Shown: positions 10,156-22,449, counted from the whole stretch's first letter. The stretch is DNA of 63,332 nucleotides, filler included, from Licmophora abbreviata (GCA_900291995.1; 5 parts of 5 records of this genome joined end to end with filler, not necessarily neighbours in it); one strand, 5' to 3'. Translations and numbers: made by a program. Notes: generated by a model from the letters alone, not told the origin.

Positions 10156-12528
10156 ATGGCGACGCCCGGAACGCTCACCGTCGCCACTTCTGGGACCAAC
10201 ATGCCCAGCACTGCTCGGCGGCCGGTCCTCTATCAGATCGATTTCACGGCTGTGGCCAGCGGAAAGCGCATTGCCTCGACAAAGCGGCGCGTGCGATGGT
10301 AAGCCAAGTCGTGCGGCAGCTCTCGAAGTCCGGCTCAGCTTCCTTCCGAATCTTGATTGTTCGGAGAACGAAAACTTTTGTTCTGTGACCCCCACGCGCT
10401 CATCTCAGCACTGGTCGAGAAATTTTACCGCTTTGGATGCCACAGGTGCACGTCGTCCATGGCTACCGTCGCTGAACTGGGGAGAACGATGCGAATCGAA
10501 TCCCTGCCTTCGCTTGACAATGAGTCTGTCCGGCGATGAGCACTACCGTCGTCTGCGCTAATCCTTTCCTCACAGTCTTCGTCCGCTGCCCTTTCTCGTC
10601 CCCACCAAAGGCGCTTTGGCTTTGCCAACCCCGAGGCGCTAGCTCAGGGTCGAACTGGAACGGATTGCCGCGGTGAAGAACACGATGTCACCTTGGTTTG
10701 GAGTATCACGTCGGGAAAGCGACTGCTCTTGGCCGATGGACAGGAGGTGCACTATTCCAACAGTCGCGGAAACGTCTTTGACTTTAGCTGGACTATGCGA
10801 GGCAATCATGTGCTCAAGGTCGTCGCTCATGCCTCGCCTCCGATGTCGCCAGTTCCGGGATTCCGTCAGTACGAGTTCTTTGTCGATGGCCAGAGTTTCT
10901 TCACCTTCCCCCAGCTCTTTCGCCTTGGACTTGCCCCGAACGATCCTCGTGCTGTGTCTCCTCGTTCCCCGATGGTGCTTGCTACTAGTACGCGTAGTGG
11001 CGCTGGTGCTGGCTACAGCAACTATTCCGTGGGCAGCGCCCGTGTTAACATCGCTTCAGTCGAGGCTCCCACGAACACCGATGAGGTACGCTTAGATACC
11101 GGAACTGTAGTCTACTTGGTTGCAAGAAGATCGATAGATAATGTCTCATCATTTTTCTTTTTAATTGTCGACTTCAGGAGGAAGCCTATTTGAGAGAAGC
11201 AATCAAGCAGTCGTTGGAGGACGCACCGCCGAGTGGAGCCGGCGCCCCGTCCCAGAATGGCGAAACAAATCTGATTGACTTTTTCGACGAAGCTCCTGCG
11301 CCAGCCTTTCCAATGGCGGCACCGATGCCGTGAGTTACTCTCGCATGTGTGCATGTTTTCGTCTGCTCAGTCATATGAACCACGCTGACGGTTATCTCTT
11401 TGTTCTGTCGCGGTACAGTGCCCTTTCGGCGCCGACGGACGCGTTCTCTTATCCGCCTGCTCAACCTCCTCAGCAGCCGCCCGCGTCCCAGTTCCTGTGA
11501 GTAAAGGACGACGGCATGAAACGCGAGTTGCCTATTTTTCGGATTGCCTTACTGACGATTTTCTTTTTGTCTCCCTTGCCAGCGCCTTGCCTCCTCCCGC
11601 TCCGGCCGGAGACGCGTTTGGTGCGCCACCGGCTCCGCCCACATACGACCAGTTTGCAGCACCTGCCCCGACCCAGCAATACATGTCGCAGCCACCATAC
11701 GGATTTGAAACTCCGGGGGTCCCGCCAGCCTCAGCGCCAGCTACAGTTGATTTCGCTGCTGTTCCAGCTGAGCAAACTCCCTCGAGTCTAGGATTTGCTT
11801 CGCCGCAGGTAGGTTCCTTTGCGTCACCCCCTCCACAAACGTTTGCACCTGCTCCAGAACAGACTTACGCGCCACAGGGCGCAGTTTACGGGGCACCGAG
11901 CTTTGAAGCGCCGCCTCCCGCGCCCCCCATTGCTTCTGAACCTGTTGCGGAACAAGTGAACCCGTCGCTTCTTACGATGAATGCGCTGAGTGGACAGGAG
12001 TCGCTCGTTGCTGACAGCACCGCTGCTGGTGGCTCTTTGGCTGACCAGGCCTACAACAAGTTTGCAATCATGGATAATTTCGATCTCGTATCGAAGAGCG
12101 ATGCGAAGAGGTCAAACCCATTTGATACTGCTTCGGCAGCCGTTGGGGGGACGCAGTCGCTGGCGGACATGAGGTCAACAAAGAACCCTGACGGACCGAA
12201 GAAGGAGATCATGAGATCTCCCGGAGCGATGGTTGTTTCTGGCACACAGCAAGGCAACTGGGGCGGAGCCGGATATGGTGCGCCGGCGCCCATGACTCAG
12301 CCTGCTTACGGGCAGCAGCCCCCTGTGTATGGTCAGCAACCAGCGCCTGGAGGATACGGTGCCACGCCTCAGTACGGCCAGCAGCCTCCTGCCTATGGGC
12401 AGGCACCCGTGCCGCCTGCTCAGCCACAGTATGGGCAGCCTCCTCCGCCCCAATATGGACAACCTCAGTACGGACAGCAACCGCCTCCGCAACCATATGG
12501 TGCTCCCGCTTATCAGCAAGGCTACTAG
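10156..12528 (+). CDS. FAIM-like beta domain + UIM + Pro/Gln/Tyr-rich tail protein (putative endocytic/ubiquitin adaptor), 5 exons: 10156-10298, 10611-11085, 11178-11328, 11419-11496, 11583-12528
   Basis: Canonical GT-AG introns keep one reading frame: YQIDFTAVASGKRIASTKRRVRW|RFGFAN...VWSITSGKRLLLADGQEV...DE|EEAYLREAIKQSLE...SNPFD...PQYGQ repeats. Confidence 0.75.
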
Positions 12529-12604
12529 TTACATCGTTTCATTTCGATGCGTGCAACATCTTATCGTAAGAGTAAACATTGTGTTGCGTTGTCACTTCGT
12601 CGTT

Positions 12605-13780
12605 TTATGATTTTGTTGTATCTACATGCGTCTCCCTCTCTTTGAGTCCATGGAGGAGGATGCCGGCTGCGATCGTCAGTGACAGAGAATCAACACCTTC
12701 GACCATGTCTATGCGAAGACGATGAGAGCACGACTGCTTTACATTCAGCGATATCCCGTTTGCTTCACTCCCTATGACACAACACCACGCGTCGGGCACT
12801 GTACCACTCCGCCGCTCAATTTGCTCGAGAATCAGATCCGCATCGGGGTCGATCACAGCCGCAAATGATAGAATGCCAGACACGTGAAGGTTCAACATTG
12901 TTGCCGCCAGGTTGTCCACACGAACAATTGGGAGCTGGAAGATATGACCCATGCTAACACGTACCGACCGACGATACCAGGGGTCGCAGCAATCGTTGCT
13001 GAGAATCAATGCATCAATACCAAAAGCAGCGCAGCAACGAATGATTGACCCCATATTGGCCGAGTCGGATACACAATCTAAAGCTAGCAGTCGCAACGAG
13101 CGCTGGTCCTTCGTCTTCCATCGTCGAGCGAGAAGCTCCGTCAGCCACGCTTCATCCCTATCCCTAGGAACGATGCCGCAGCCAAGTGCTCCTCGTGAAA
13201 TGTGAAAGCCAGCGATTTCACTCAGCGCCGCTTCATCGCCGACAAGTACATGAAACGATGGGGCAATTGGTGTGTCGTGGCACTGGAAGGCCCCTTCAGT
13301 CGCTTCGCCAATACCGGTATCGTAAACCTTCTCGATGTCTGCCAGTAGACGCACCGGCAGGTCAAAAAGTGAGGCTGGTTTTACCAGAATACTCTTTACC
13401 TTGACATGCGGATGGCTCTCGAAAGTATTGGACGACGTAGACTGTTGTATAAGAAGACGCACAGTTTCAGTACCTTCTGCAATGAATAATCGCTCTTCCG
13501 GCTCCTTGTTTCCCTTGCCGTGAGCGTCCTTGAGATCACGGTACGGCCGCAAAAGCATGTCGAGGTGGGGCTTTCCAGCACTTGTGCTTCTCAGTCTCTG
13601 AAGATCCTCCAAGGTCACTCTCGTGCAGAAACGAGAGTTTCTCTCAATCCACGCCGTTCGCTCTTGCTCTCGACTCTCTTCTTGTTGGATTCGTGCTTGC
13701 TTCGCTTCGTATCGTTGGCGTTTTGATGCTCGGATCTGATGGCCGTCGGCAAGGCGCGGAGTGATTTCCATTTGCTCCAT
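12605..13780 (-). CDS. SpoU/TrmH-family RNA 2'-O-methyltransferase
   Basis: FIAEG, LDCVSDSANMGSIIRCCAAFG, RRSVRVSMG, VIGSEANGIS, IDMVEGVDSLSLTIAAGI are SPOUT motifs 1-3. Confidence 0.9.
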   Translation of the reverse strand: MEQMEITPRLADGHQIRASKRQRYEAKQARIQQEESREQERTAWIERNSRFCTRVTLEDLQRLRSTSAGKPHLDMLLRPYRDLKDAHGKGNKEPEERLFIAEGTETVRLLIQQSTSSNTFESHPHVKVKSILVKPASLFDLPVRLLADIEKVYDTGIGEATEGAFQCHDTPIAPSFHVLVGDEAALSEIAGFHISRGALGCGIVPRDRDEAWLTELLARRWKTKDQRSLRLLALDCVSDSANMGSIIRCCAAFGIDALILSNDCCDPWYRRSVRVSMGHIFQLPIVRVDNLAATMLNLHVSGILSFAAVIDPDADLILEQIERRSGTVPDAWCCVIGSEANGISLNVKQSCSHRLRIDMVEGVDSLSLTIAAGILLHGLKERETHVDTTKS

Positions 13781-14135
13781 GGGAACTCTGATGCAGTTTT
13801 CGTCTACCAGTGTGGATCGTTACGACCAAATCGAAAATGCCTTTCTTGTTCGTATGACATTGAAAGTGATGGCGCAGCCGTCGTCGTTGTCGCCATTGTC
13901 GAATGAATCGCAAGGTGGATGGATGGAGGCATGTCATAGAGGCGTCTTGTTTGTGTTAAATTAGGGCTTCGCGCGTCGAACCCTTCGACTTCTCACAACC
14001 ACCCAAAATGAAATTTGGCGCGCCGCGACTTCTCGCTGCTGCGATGTCAATTTTGCAATTTTGAAATTTGACCATAGAGATGCTTGCGTCGTCGCCTTAT
14101 CTAGAGGACTTCAATCTTTCGAAGCAGTCTGACCC

Positions 14136-15170
14136 ATGCCCAAGTCCAAATCGTCGCTGCCACTCATAAAGGGCTATCTGCCAGTACGAGTTCATCTTCC
14201 TGGATGGAATGGCGAGCCAGATGAGACGTTCTTCTACACCAAGGAACACACTGGCGACAGCGATGGTAGGGGGCAAGGATCCACGCTGTTTGTGGCGAAT
14301 ACGCCCGTAGTTCCTGGGGTTCGATCTCGACTGGTACTGCAGTCGCTCTTGGGGCGGTTTGGAGATATTGATCGAGTGACGGTGGTTGAGAATCCTCGAC
14401 TTCGAAAGGAACCGAGCCAGGACGTGGCGTCCGTATTGTCATCGTGGACGACGCTCGCAAGCAAACCCAGTTTCCTCAGTACAATCCACTCCGAAGGCAG
14501 GTTTGCCCATGTAGTATTTACATCTACCAAGGAAATGAAGCGAGCTCTGAGAACTTTGGGAGATGTCATGACGGAAAAGTCAAAGTCTTCGAGTGATCAA
14601 CTACATTTATTGCCAGGTCTCTCTTTGGAAAAGCTCGAGATTCAGACATTGCGCGACGCAACAGTTCGAATAACACGTCAAGAGAAAGATATTGATAGTG
14701 ACGCGGACAGCGACCAAGAGTATCCAAATGACTCGCAAACGGGTATACTTGCTGTTGCCAAACGCTATCGACAAAGCTGCAAGGCCATGTCTCGCGAATC
14801 CCTTCTCGAAGAGTGCAACCGAGCCATGCAGGCGTACGAAGATGCCGAGGACGAGGATCGTCTGAGACGAGAAAGTACCAAGAACCAGCCTGATGACGAC
14901 GGATTTATAACTGTAACGTATGCTGCGCAGTCAGTTGGAAGCAAGCGTGACCTCGAGGAAAGTGGTGGTGTGCAACATCGAAAGCACGGCGCGAAGCGTA
15001 GTCGGAAGAAGAGACGCGCGGGTGGAAGTGAAGGAGGACTCACTGATTTTTACCGATTCCAAACGAAGGAATCTCGGAAGAAAGGCTTGCAAGACTTGCG
15101 AAAGAAATTCGAGGAGGATCTAGCGAAGGTGAAGAAGATGAAGGACGAACGACAGTACAAACCATTTTAG
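14136..15170 (+). CDS. RRP7: Ribosomal RNA-processing protein 7
   Basis: RRM-like N-terminus (TLFVAN, FAHVVF); C-terminal PDDDGFITV, DFYRFQ, LRKKFEED..K...MK..RQYKPF typical of Rrp7. Confidence 0.9.
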   Translation: MPKSKSSLPLIKGYLPVRVHLPGWNGEPDETFFYTKEHTGDSDGRGQGSTLFVANTPVVPGVRSRLVLQSLLGRFGDIDRVTVVENPRLRKEPSQDVASVLSSWTTLASKPSFLSTIHSEGRFAHVVFTSTKEMKRALRTLGDVMTEKSKSSSDQLHLLPGLSLEKLEIQTLRDATVRITRQEKDIDSDADSDQEYPNDSQTGILAVAKRYRQSCKAMSRESLLEECNRAMQAYEDAEDEDRLRRESTKNQPDDDGFITVTYAAQSVGSKRDLEESGGVQHRKHGAKRSRKKRRAGGSEGGLTDFYRFQTKESRKKGLQDLRKKFEEDLAKVKKMKDERQYKPF

Positions 15171-15676
15171 ACATAAGCAGGGGTTTGACTCACTACACCG
15201 GTGGACGGTACTTTTCGAAAGATTGAATTTGTCGACGTGTTAATGATCAAATGAAAAGGATAATAGGAATACGTACGAAGTATTTGGAAGACAATTCGAA
15301 TGATTACTGTATGACGACGATCTTCTAATTGAATGTAAAGAAAGAAAAATATTCTCATGTCGCATATTAATGCAGGTTGGCTCAAGTGCTGTAGAAGGGT
15401 GATTGTTGGACGGTGGTCATGGTGTCTTCTCTAGAGCGTAATCTAGCTAGGGTCTAGCTTTGGTAGAGACTATGATAGGTACCGGTACCTGTACCTGACG
15501 ATACCTACGTCAATCGGCTTGCCCACAACAGAGACGGCGAAGCAAAGTAGACCTAAGTATTTGCACCTGTGAATCAATCAACAAGCAACTCACGATTATT
15601 GTCTGTATATTCAAGCATGGATATGGATTACCACACTACGAGACCCCACAAAATCCTTGATTCTCGCATCACAATA

Positions 15677-16670
15677 ATGGCACCATGGTGCAACGCNNNN
15701 NNNNNNNNNNNNNNNNNNNNNNNNNNNNNNNNNNNNNNNNTTAATTAATTAANNNNNNNNNNNNNNNNNNNNNNNNNNNNNNNNNNNNNNNNNNNNGCTC
15801 GCAGTTTGCATTGAGACAACGAGGACTGCAGCATTCACGCCATGTCGACGACTCTGTTCCACTCTTCTGCCGGAAACTCGACTCTGTCTCGCATCCGAAC
15901 AAGCGAAAGAGTTCAGAGGACGGAACGACAAGTTCCAGGAACGCTCAAGCCGGTGGGTGGTTCTCGTTGACGACGAAGAGTCGATCCGAAAAGCGGTCGG
16001 GCGCTTCCTCTTTGACGAAGGGTACCAGGTGACCGCTTGCGCCGACGCCCAGTCAGCGCTTGACGTGTGCCGAAGCAAGCGAGCTACAAATCTGGACGTC
16101 GCCAACGAACGGGAACCACCGGATGCTATTGTTAGTGACATTCGCATGCCCGGTATGAACGGCTTGGAGATGTTGCGAGAGATACGAGCCACGCCTCTGC
16201 TCGTTGAAGTCCCTGTCGTACTGCTCACAGCCAAGGGCCAGACGCAAGACCGTATTGCGGGCTATAAGGCGGGAGCAGATGCTTATGTACCAAAGCCCTT
16301 CGATCCTGAGGAGCTAATTAGCATAGTCGACAATGTCATTCTACGACACGAGACATTGAATGGCGGGAATATTAAGGTCGATGACTTGAAACGAGACTTG
16401 GATGAGATCAAGTACTTACTTCTAGAGAAGGGTGGTGCGGGTGTCGGCAATGGCTGGGTAGAGGAAACGAACGTTTTTCTCACTCCCAACGAAAGACGGG
16501 TTCTAGAGCTGCTCGCTGAAGGTCAAATGACCAAGGAGATTGCAGCTGAGACGTTTCTTTCGACACGCCGAGTCGAGCAGCTAATTACTAGCATGCTTCG
16601 CAAGACCGACACTTCCAATCGAACTGAACTCGTCAGGTGGGCCGTTTCAAGTGGCAATGTACAGATATAG
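15677..16670 (+). CDS. ycf29: Plastid-targeted NarL/LuxR-type response regulator (Ycf29-like), copy 1; 5' part interrupted by the gap
   Basis: Receiver (VLVDDE, IVSDIRMPG, LLTAK, VPKPF) plus LuxR HTH (LTPNERRVLELLAEG...SNRTELVRWA); the frame is open from 15798 (LAVCIETTRTAAFTP, an AF cleavage motif). Candidate ATG (MAPWCN) lies just before the gap. Confidence 0.8.
15697..15796. other. Assembly gap spacer (N44-TTAATTAATTAA-N44)
   Basis: 100-nt N-run containing a linker with stops in all six frames. Confidence 0.97.
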
Positions 16671-17074
16671 AATATCCTTTGATCTCTTCCCGTCGCTCAT
16701 GACTCACTTAGTTGCTGCTATCCATATTATGATAACAATAGGGACTGCGTATCAAATCTTAGCATATTATCATCAATGTGAGCCACAGGTGCAGATACTA
16801 CGAGTATCTGCACCTGTTTGTGAGCGACGAGCAGACCATGAGGAATCCGGATTTCTTGTTGAAGAAGGCACGCAGACCCAGCTAGCAAAAGATACGTACA
16901 GGAAAGATTCCGTTGTCTGAATGCCGACATCTCGACATCTCGACATCTCCAAGATGGCAAATCCGAATGGGAATTATTGGAAGAAGAGTGCCAGAACTGC
17001 TCTCTATCTCTAGTCCGTTTTGACGTGGTAGAGCTGCCGATATTTGAACTGTTTGTGCTGAAGTTTGAGTGAAA

Positions 17075-19768
17075 ATGACTCAATCCTGCCGGCGGAAATG
17101 TCGACGACGTCCACTTGTTCTTTCGATGTTGACCTTGTTCGGCTTGCACGGCAGGACTCGCCTGGGCCATGGACTACAGCTTTCACATCGCCGCATCGAG
17201 ATTCGAAAAGGTTTCAGTCCTCAGCTCTCCCTGTGCAGAAAAGTATCGGATCTGAGTCTCGGACATGGCGACAAATTGACAGAGAACAACTTGAGCACGC
17301 GGCTGTGCCACAACGACGACCGCCGCCGGAGAAGACAAAACCGATGCCCGTTGTTGGATACGACGCGGAAGCCATATGCAATTTTTATGACAAACGACCT
17401 TTAGAAGTTGGCTGGCGAATCAATTCAGTCGGAATACCATTGCTGGGTAAGTTGACTCTGCTGGGATTAGCTGCTGAGTAGACGTGCACAAAGCAACGAC
17501 CGAACATATCTTACGATATACACCGTTGTTCTCTGTCTCGCGCGCGCGTGTGAATACGCTTGATATAGGTTGGTACTTGGGTTTATTGCTGGATAGGACC
17601 ATGGGAATGAAAGATGATACGAATGTACAAAGAAAGCGAGGGCGGGAGCTGAGGATGCATCTTGTCAGATCGCAAAGCGTCGCGCTCATAAAATCTGGAC
17701 AGGCGCTCAGTCTTCGGCCTGACCTCATACGCAACAAAGTTTGGGCTGAGGAACTGGGCAAACTTGTCGACGCAGTAGGGGCGTTTCCGGATTTGGAAGC
17801 AATGAGAATAATGAAGCGCGAGCTGTCGGACTTGATACCCCGCCTAAATGCCGCGGATCTACCGCGGATGGACATCGTCGACAGGAATGCGCGCTCAAGA
17901 TTGCAGAGGTTTACGCAAACGGATCCAGTACTAAGTCTTTTTGAGTTTTACAATGATGGTGTTCAAGTTGCAAGTGCATCGATTGGCCAGGTGTACAAGG
18001 CGCGAATACGAAAGGGGGCACATCTAGAAGCAGCGATTGGAAAGGAGGATGCCGAAAGATGGGGCGGCAAGGTAGTCGCCATCAAAGTTCAGCGTCCAGA
18101 TGTGGCTGCCTCAGCAGCTTTGGACATGTATCTCATTCGTCGCGCTGCCATGTGGCTCTCCACCTTTCGAGGTGGGGACCTTCCGTCTGTGGCCGATCAG
18201 TTTGGAATGCAGCTCTTTGGCGAGCTGGACTACGTTCGGGAAGCGGACAACTGTGATCGGTTTCGAGAGTTGTATGGATATTGGGAGAACGTTGAAGTTC
18301 CGAGCGCATGTGAGGGCTTGACGCGGAAACGCGTGCTTGTGATGGAATGGGTTGAGGGTGAAAAGGGGCCTTGGAAGGGCGACGCCGGAATCGACATGGT
18401 GCGAATCGGGCTGAGATGCTCTGTCGACCAGCTCATGCACACAGGTCTCTTTCACGCTGACCCTCACCGCGGGAATCTGCTGAGGACCCCTGCTGGGAAG
18501 CTTGCATTCATCGACTTCGGCATGATGGCCGATGTCGCAGGCGAAGATCGATACGGCTTGATCGGTCTCGTCATCGGACTTCAGAACAAAGACTTACCGC
18601 TTGTCACGGAAAACCTACTCAAGGTACGTCGAATGTGCAATGTGCCGGCCTTGTCTCTGGCTCGTCGTGTTTGCTAAGTTGATATTTCTATGGCGAATCG
18701 TATCCGTAGCTTGGCTTCCTTAAAGACACTACTCAGCTCGACCGGCTCATACCGCGCCTCCGGAAGGCGCTGGACAACGCTACTGGTGGGACCGGCAAGG
18801 CATCCGACGTAAACTTTGGACGTCTTCAAGCTGAACTCGACGAAATAAGCCGCGAGAACGTTCTCAAATTCGCCACGCCCCCGTTCTTTACGGTCATTAT
18901 TCGGAGCCTTACTATTCTAGAGGGCATGGCACTCAGTGTGAACCCTGACTTCCGACTAGTGAGAGGCTCCTACCCTTACGTGCTACGACAACTCTTGTCA
19001 ATAGACCGCTATGAACGTCCGCCAGTCGCTTTACAGAATTTACTGGTTCGCTTGTTGACGGTCGACGGGGAAGGTGCGTGCCAGGTGTGACTACTTCTGG
19101 AGAAAATATTGCTGCGCGTGGCTCATCTGTTTCCATCTCGTTGGCCGGTAGGACGTGAGATTGAGTGGGCTCGGCTACGAGACTTCCTCCGCTTGGCGCA
19201 GCGGGCGGCCAGCTCTTACGATCCAAGTCGAGACAAGTCGGAAGACACCGTGGCAATTTCTCGCCGAACCATTGAATTATTCTTTCGGTCCTTGACTAGT
19301 CGCACCGGTATTTTCTTAAAGAAGCCTCTCGTACATGAACTTGCAGAAACGATCGATGGGATGGCGAGTATGGGCGAAAAGAATCTCTTGCAGGCGACAC
19401 GGGGTCTATTGCCAGCGCTTCCAGGAATGAATGGCCCAATCAATATAAAACGGATGGAAGAGGTGCGGCTTCTGATGGACACTCTTCAGAACGCACTTGT
19501 GATCAACGAGGCGCAGCGTTCCAGTGGCGACCGCAATTCTGTGGATGTGGGTCAGGCTCTTACGTCTCGCGCTCAAGTGCGTGTCGAAGCCATTATGGAA
19601 TTCTTGCGTGAGCTGATATCGATTGTGAGCGACGATCGGATGCGGGAGGATGCTGGTCCGATATTGGCAGAGATCCAAAGCGTCTTTCAGATGGTGGCTG
19701 TAGAAGTACTGGAGATTCGAGGCTCCCGTGCCATGCGATCCATGCTGCGAGTGAGCCATACTAGCTAG
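17075..19768 (+). CDS. ABC1/UbiB atypical kinase (ABC1K), probably plastid; introns 17447-17568, 18624-18709, 19074-19151; 5' start uncertain
   Basis: IKSGQALSLRPD, VASASIGQVYKA, VAIKVQRP, ELDYVREA, LVMEWV, HADPHRGN, FIDFGMM are ABC1K motifs; GT-AG introns preserve the frame. Confidence 0.9.
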
Positions 19769-20085
19769 TTTCAGGTAGAAACGGATGGCTCATATCTATA
19801 AACTGTAAGCGTATTGGTATGCTTTCTACCGGCTTATACTCGTCCTCGCTTACTACAGATAAACTTCGTCTACGCCCAATCTAGAGAGCCTGTTTCCAGC
19901 TTGCCGTTTCCGGCTAGTTACTATAAGTACAAGTTCGTGCACAACGACTACACAAAACAAAAATCAATCTTCAAACAATGCAAAACAGGACGACGATTCT
20001 TTCGCGACGTCATATTGTCAGCGCCCCCATCCGATTGAGCGGCCTGATCAAAGGCTGTACGACTCTACTCGAGTCGTACCGAACA

Positions 20086-20544
20086 TCATTTGGACTGTTT
20101 CGTTTTGGCCTTGGAGAGAAGTTTGGCAATGGATTGAAGTTTGTCTTGTTTCTGTTGCGCTGCGTATCTCTTTTTATTAAAAGTCGGGTGATGGATGCGT
20201 CTCGCTATCTGACTGCTGCTATTACGTGTGTTTCCGAGGGAAGGGTCGACGGTGCTTTGGGAAGTTTGGGTGCGGCGTTTGTTTTTCCGAGAGGCGGCCA
20301 CGGACTTCAGCGCCCGTCTAGTAGTGTCCCGTCCCCGCGCTGACACGACATGGTCCATATGAATGATAGATCGAACGTGTCGGTCCAAAATAGAAGCCTC
20401 ATCGAGAAGCACCAAGGCACCTCCTGGCGTCTTTCGCTTGCGCTTTGGCGTCGTCTTGACTTGCACCTGCTGTTGTGTCGTTTCCTCCAGATCTAATTCA
20501 GCCGTCTGCTGAAGAAGACAACGGACGACTCTACTACTGGACAT
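20086..20544 (-). CDS. Small basic hypothetical protein (possibly nucleolar)
   Basis: Lys/Arg-rich ORF from MSSSRVV (or upstream Met at 20625) filling the space between ABC1K and the proteasome gene; no recognised domain. Confidence 0.5.
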   Translation of the reverse strand: MSSSRVVRCLLQQTAELDLEETTQQQVQVKTTPKRKRKTPGGALVLLDEASILDRHVRSIIHMDHVVSARGRDTTRRALKSVAASRKNKRRTQTSQSTVDPSLGNTRNSSSQIARRIHHPTFNKKRYAAQQKQDKLQSIAKLLSKAKTKQSK

Positions 20545-20954
20545 TGATGTTGTTTGCAGTGCTGTTTGGTGCTGCTGTCGACGGAAACGGGGCGATCGAC
20601 TTGGATTCACTAGACGATCCAACATAGACAGTGGTCGAGTGGGTGCCGACAGATTTGATTCAAGATCCTTCTAAAAAAGAAGTCTAAAAATTAAAAATTG
20701 GGTGGCGGAAGTGTCGGAGGGTAGATGGACAGACCCTTCTCTTCTTGGCACTTCCTCGGCATTCTTCTGTAGAGAAGTTGCGTTGGATTCTACGTAGGGA
20801 TTTTACTCAGTGAAGATCGTCTCGATGATGCCGCATTGAACCAAGACAAAGACGCCTGTGTCTTGTACTATTCTGCTGCGTTGCTTGTCTTTCTGCTTGA
20901 AGCTATCGTACCTGGTAGACCTTCCAGTAGCCTGCATATCCATCTCTCATCACC

Positions 20955-21960
20955 ATGTTTGGCACTGTGTCGATCGGAAGCGATCTGCTGGACATAGGCT
21001 CTCGCAAGGCGGAGCAACGAGCTCGACGACAACGCGGCCTCGATGCAGGTGCCATGGGTCCGTCGCCGCTTCTCGTGGGTACAGGCGCAGGTGCAGGTGC
21101 AGGTACAGGTACAGGTGCTCCCGGTGCCTTTGACGTTCCCAACGTAGAAAATGTACGTTTTCAAGTAGTCGTGATCTGCAACTACAGTGCGTCGCAGTCT
21201 CTTCTCTTACCCGGTGGCGTCGCTTCGTCTCTTGTGTCTCTTGCCGCAGCCGGCTCTCTACTGTCGCTCCCACTTTGCCTCAGCGTCGGGAAACAAGGAC
21301 GCCGCGCAAGAAGTCAAGTTCGCCAAGGGAACTACCACGCTCGCCCTCAAGTTCAACGGCGGCATCATCGTCAGTGTCGACTCTCGTAGTACCATGGGTG
21401 CCTACATTGCCTCGGGGACGGTCAAGAAGGTCATTGAGATCAATCCCTTTCTTCTCGGAACTATGGCAGGCGGAGCGGCTGACTGCTCCTTCTGGGAACG
21501 CAACCTTGGTATGCAGTGCCGTCTTTACGAACTGCGCAATGGCCGACGCATTACGGTAGCCGCCGCTTCCAAACTATTGGCCAATACAGTCTCGGCCTAC
21601 CGTGGATACGGACTCAGCATGGGAACCATGATTACCGGATGGGACGAGACAGGGCCTCAGCTCTACTATGTCGACGACGACGGCACGAGACTCAAGGGCA
21701 AATACTTTAGTGTGGGAAGTGGATCGACTTACGCCTATGGAGTCCTCGACACGCTCTGGCGTGACGACTTGTCTGTCGACGAGGCCATTGATTTGGGCAG
21801 GCGCGCCATCTACCACGCCACGCATCGTGACGCTTACAGTGGAGGCATCAACAATCTTTACCACGTCACCAAGGAGGGATGGGTCAAGATTCATGCCATC
21901 GATGTCAACGATATGCATTACGAGTTTCAAGAGGAAAAGCAGAATGCCATGACAACCTAG
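20955..21960 (+). CDS. PSMB5: 20S proteasome subunit beta5, 2 exons: 20955-21152, 21250-21960
   Basis: Propeptide then KG|TTTLA catalytic Thr, [32 protein letters not shown]. Confidence 0.95.
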
Positions 21961-22378
21961 TCTACTCGTACCGCACGTTCTGCAAAACAGATCGAGGCTG
22001 AGCTCGTGTGTCAGTTTTGGGCGTTCCATATTCTATCAGTGACTTGCAGTAGTACAAATATTGGTAGTTACTGTAGCGCATCACGATTGGTTGTATGCGG
22101 GTATCATTATACTAGCCTGCTGGTTCGGCGGGCATCGTACTATGTAGTACATACAGTGGAAGCGGAAACGGAATGGCTTGCAGATGGTGCTCACTCGTCG
22201 CCCATTTTCCATTCGGAATGAACCATGGCACCATTTTAGGGCAACACCTGCAACATGAGTCGAGTCTAGCCGGATGGCAACAAGCAACAAAGCAATTTGA
22301 AACTACGTGATGGTAAACATTGTTGCAATGTTTTTATCCAAAAGGAGATCCGATACTTATAACAGACAAACAAGCGCC

Positions 22379-22449
22379 GCACCCTTGGTGTAGTGGTAAC
22401 ATAAATGCCTTCCAAGCATTTGCCCTGGGTTCGATTCCCGGAGGGTGCA
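22379..22449 (+). tRNA. tRNA-Gly (anticodon TCC)
   Basis: Acceptor stem GCACCCT/AGGGTGC, D-arm GTGTAGTGGTAACAT, anticodon arm AATGC-CTTCCAA-GCATT, T-arm GGTTCGATTCC; T-run terminator follows. Confidence 0.95.

Noticed and set aside
12270..12525. Repeated PQYGQ-encoding units
   Set aside because: Coding low-complexity tail without a fixed repeat-spacer structure.
15697..15796. TTAATTAATTAA palindrome recurring four times within N-runs
   Set aside because: Artificial six-frame-stop contig linker, not biological; true gap sizes are unknown, although genes appear to continue across the first and third gaps.
21078..21120. GGTRCA hexamer tandem repeat
   Set aside because: Encodes the GTGAGAGAGTGTGA low-complexity propeptide of proteasome beta5; not a CRISPR array or mobile element.
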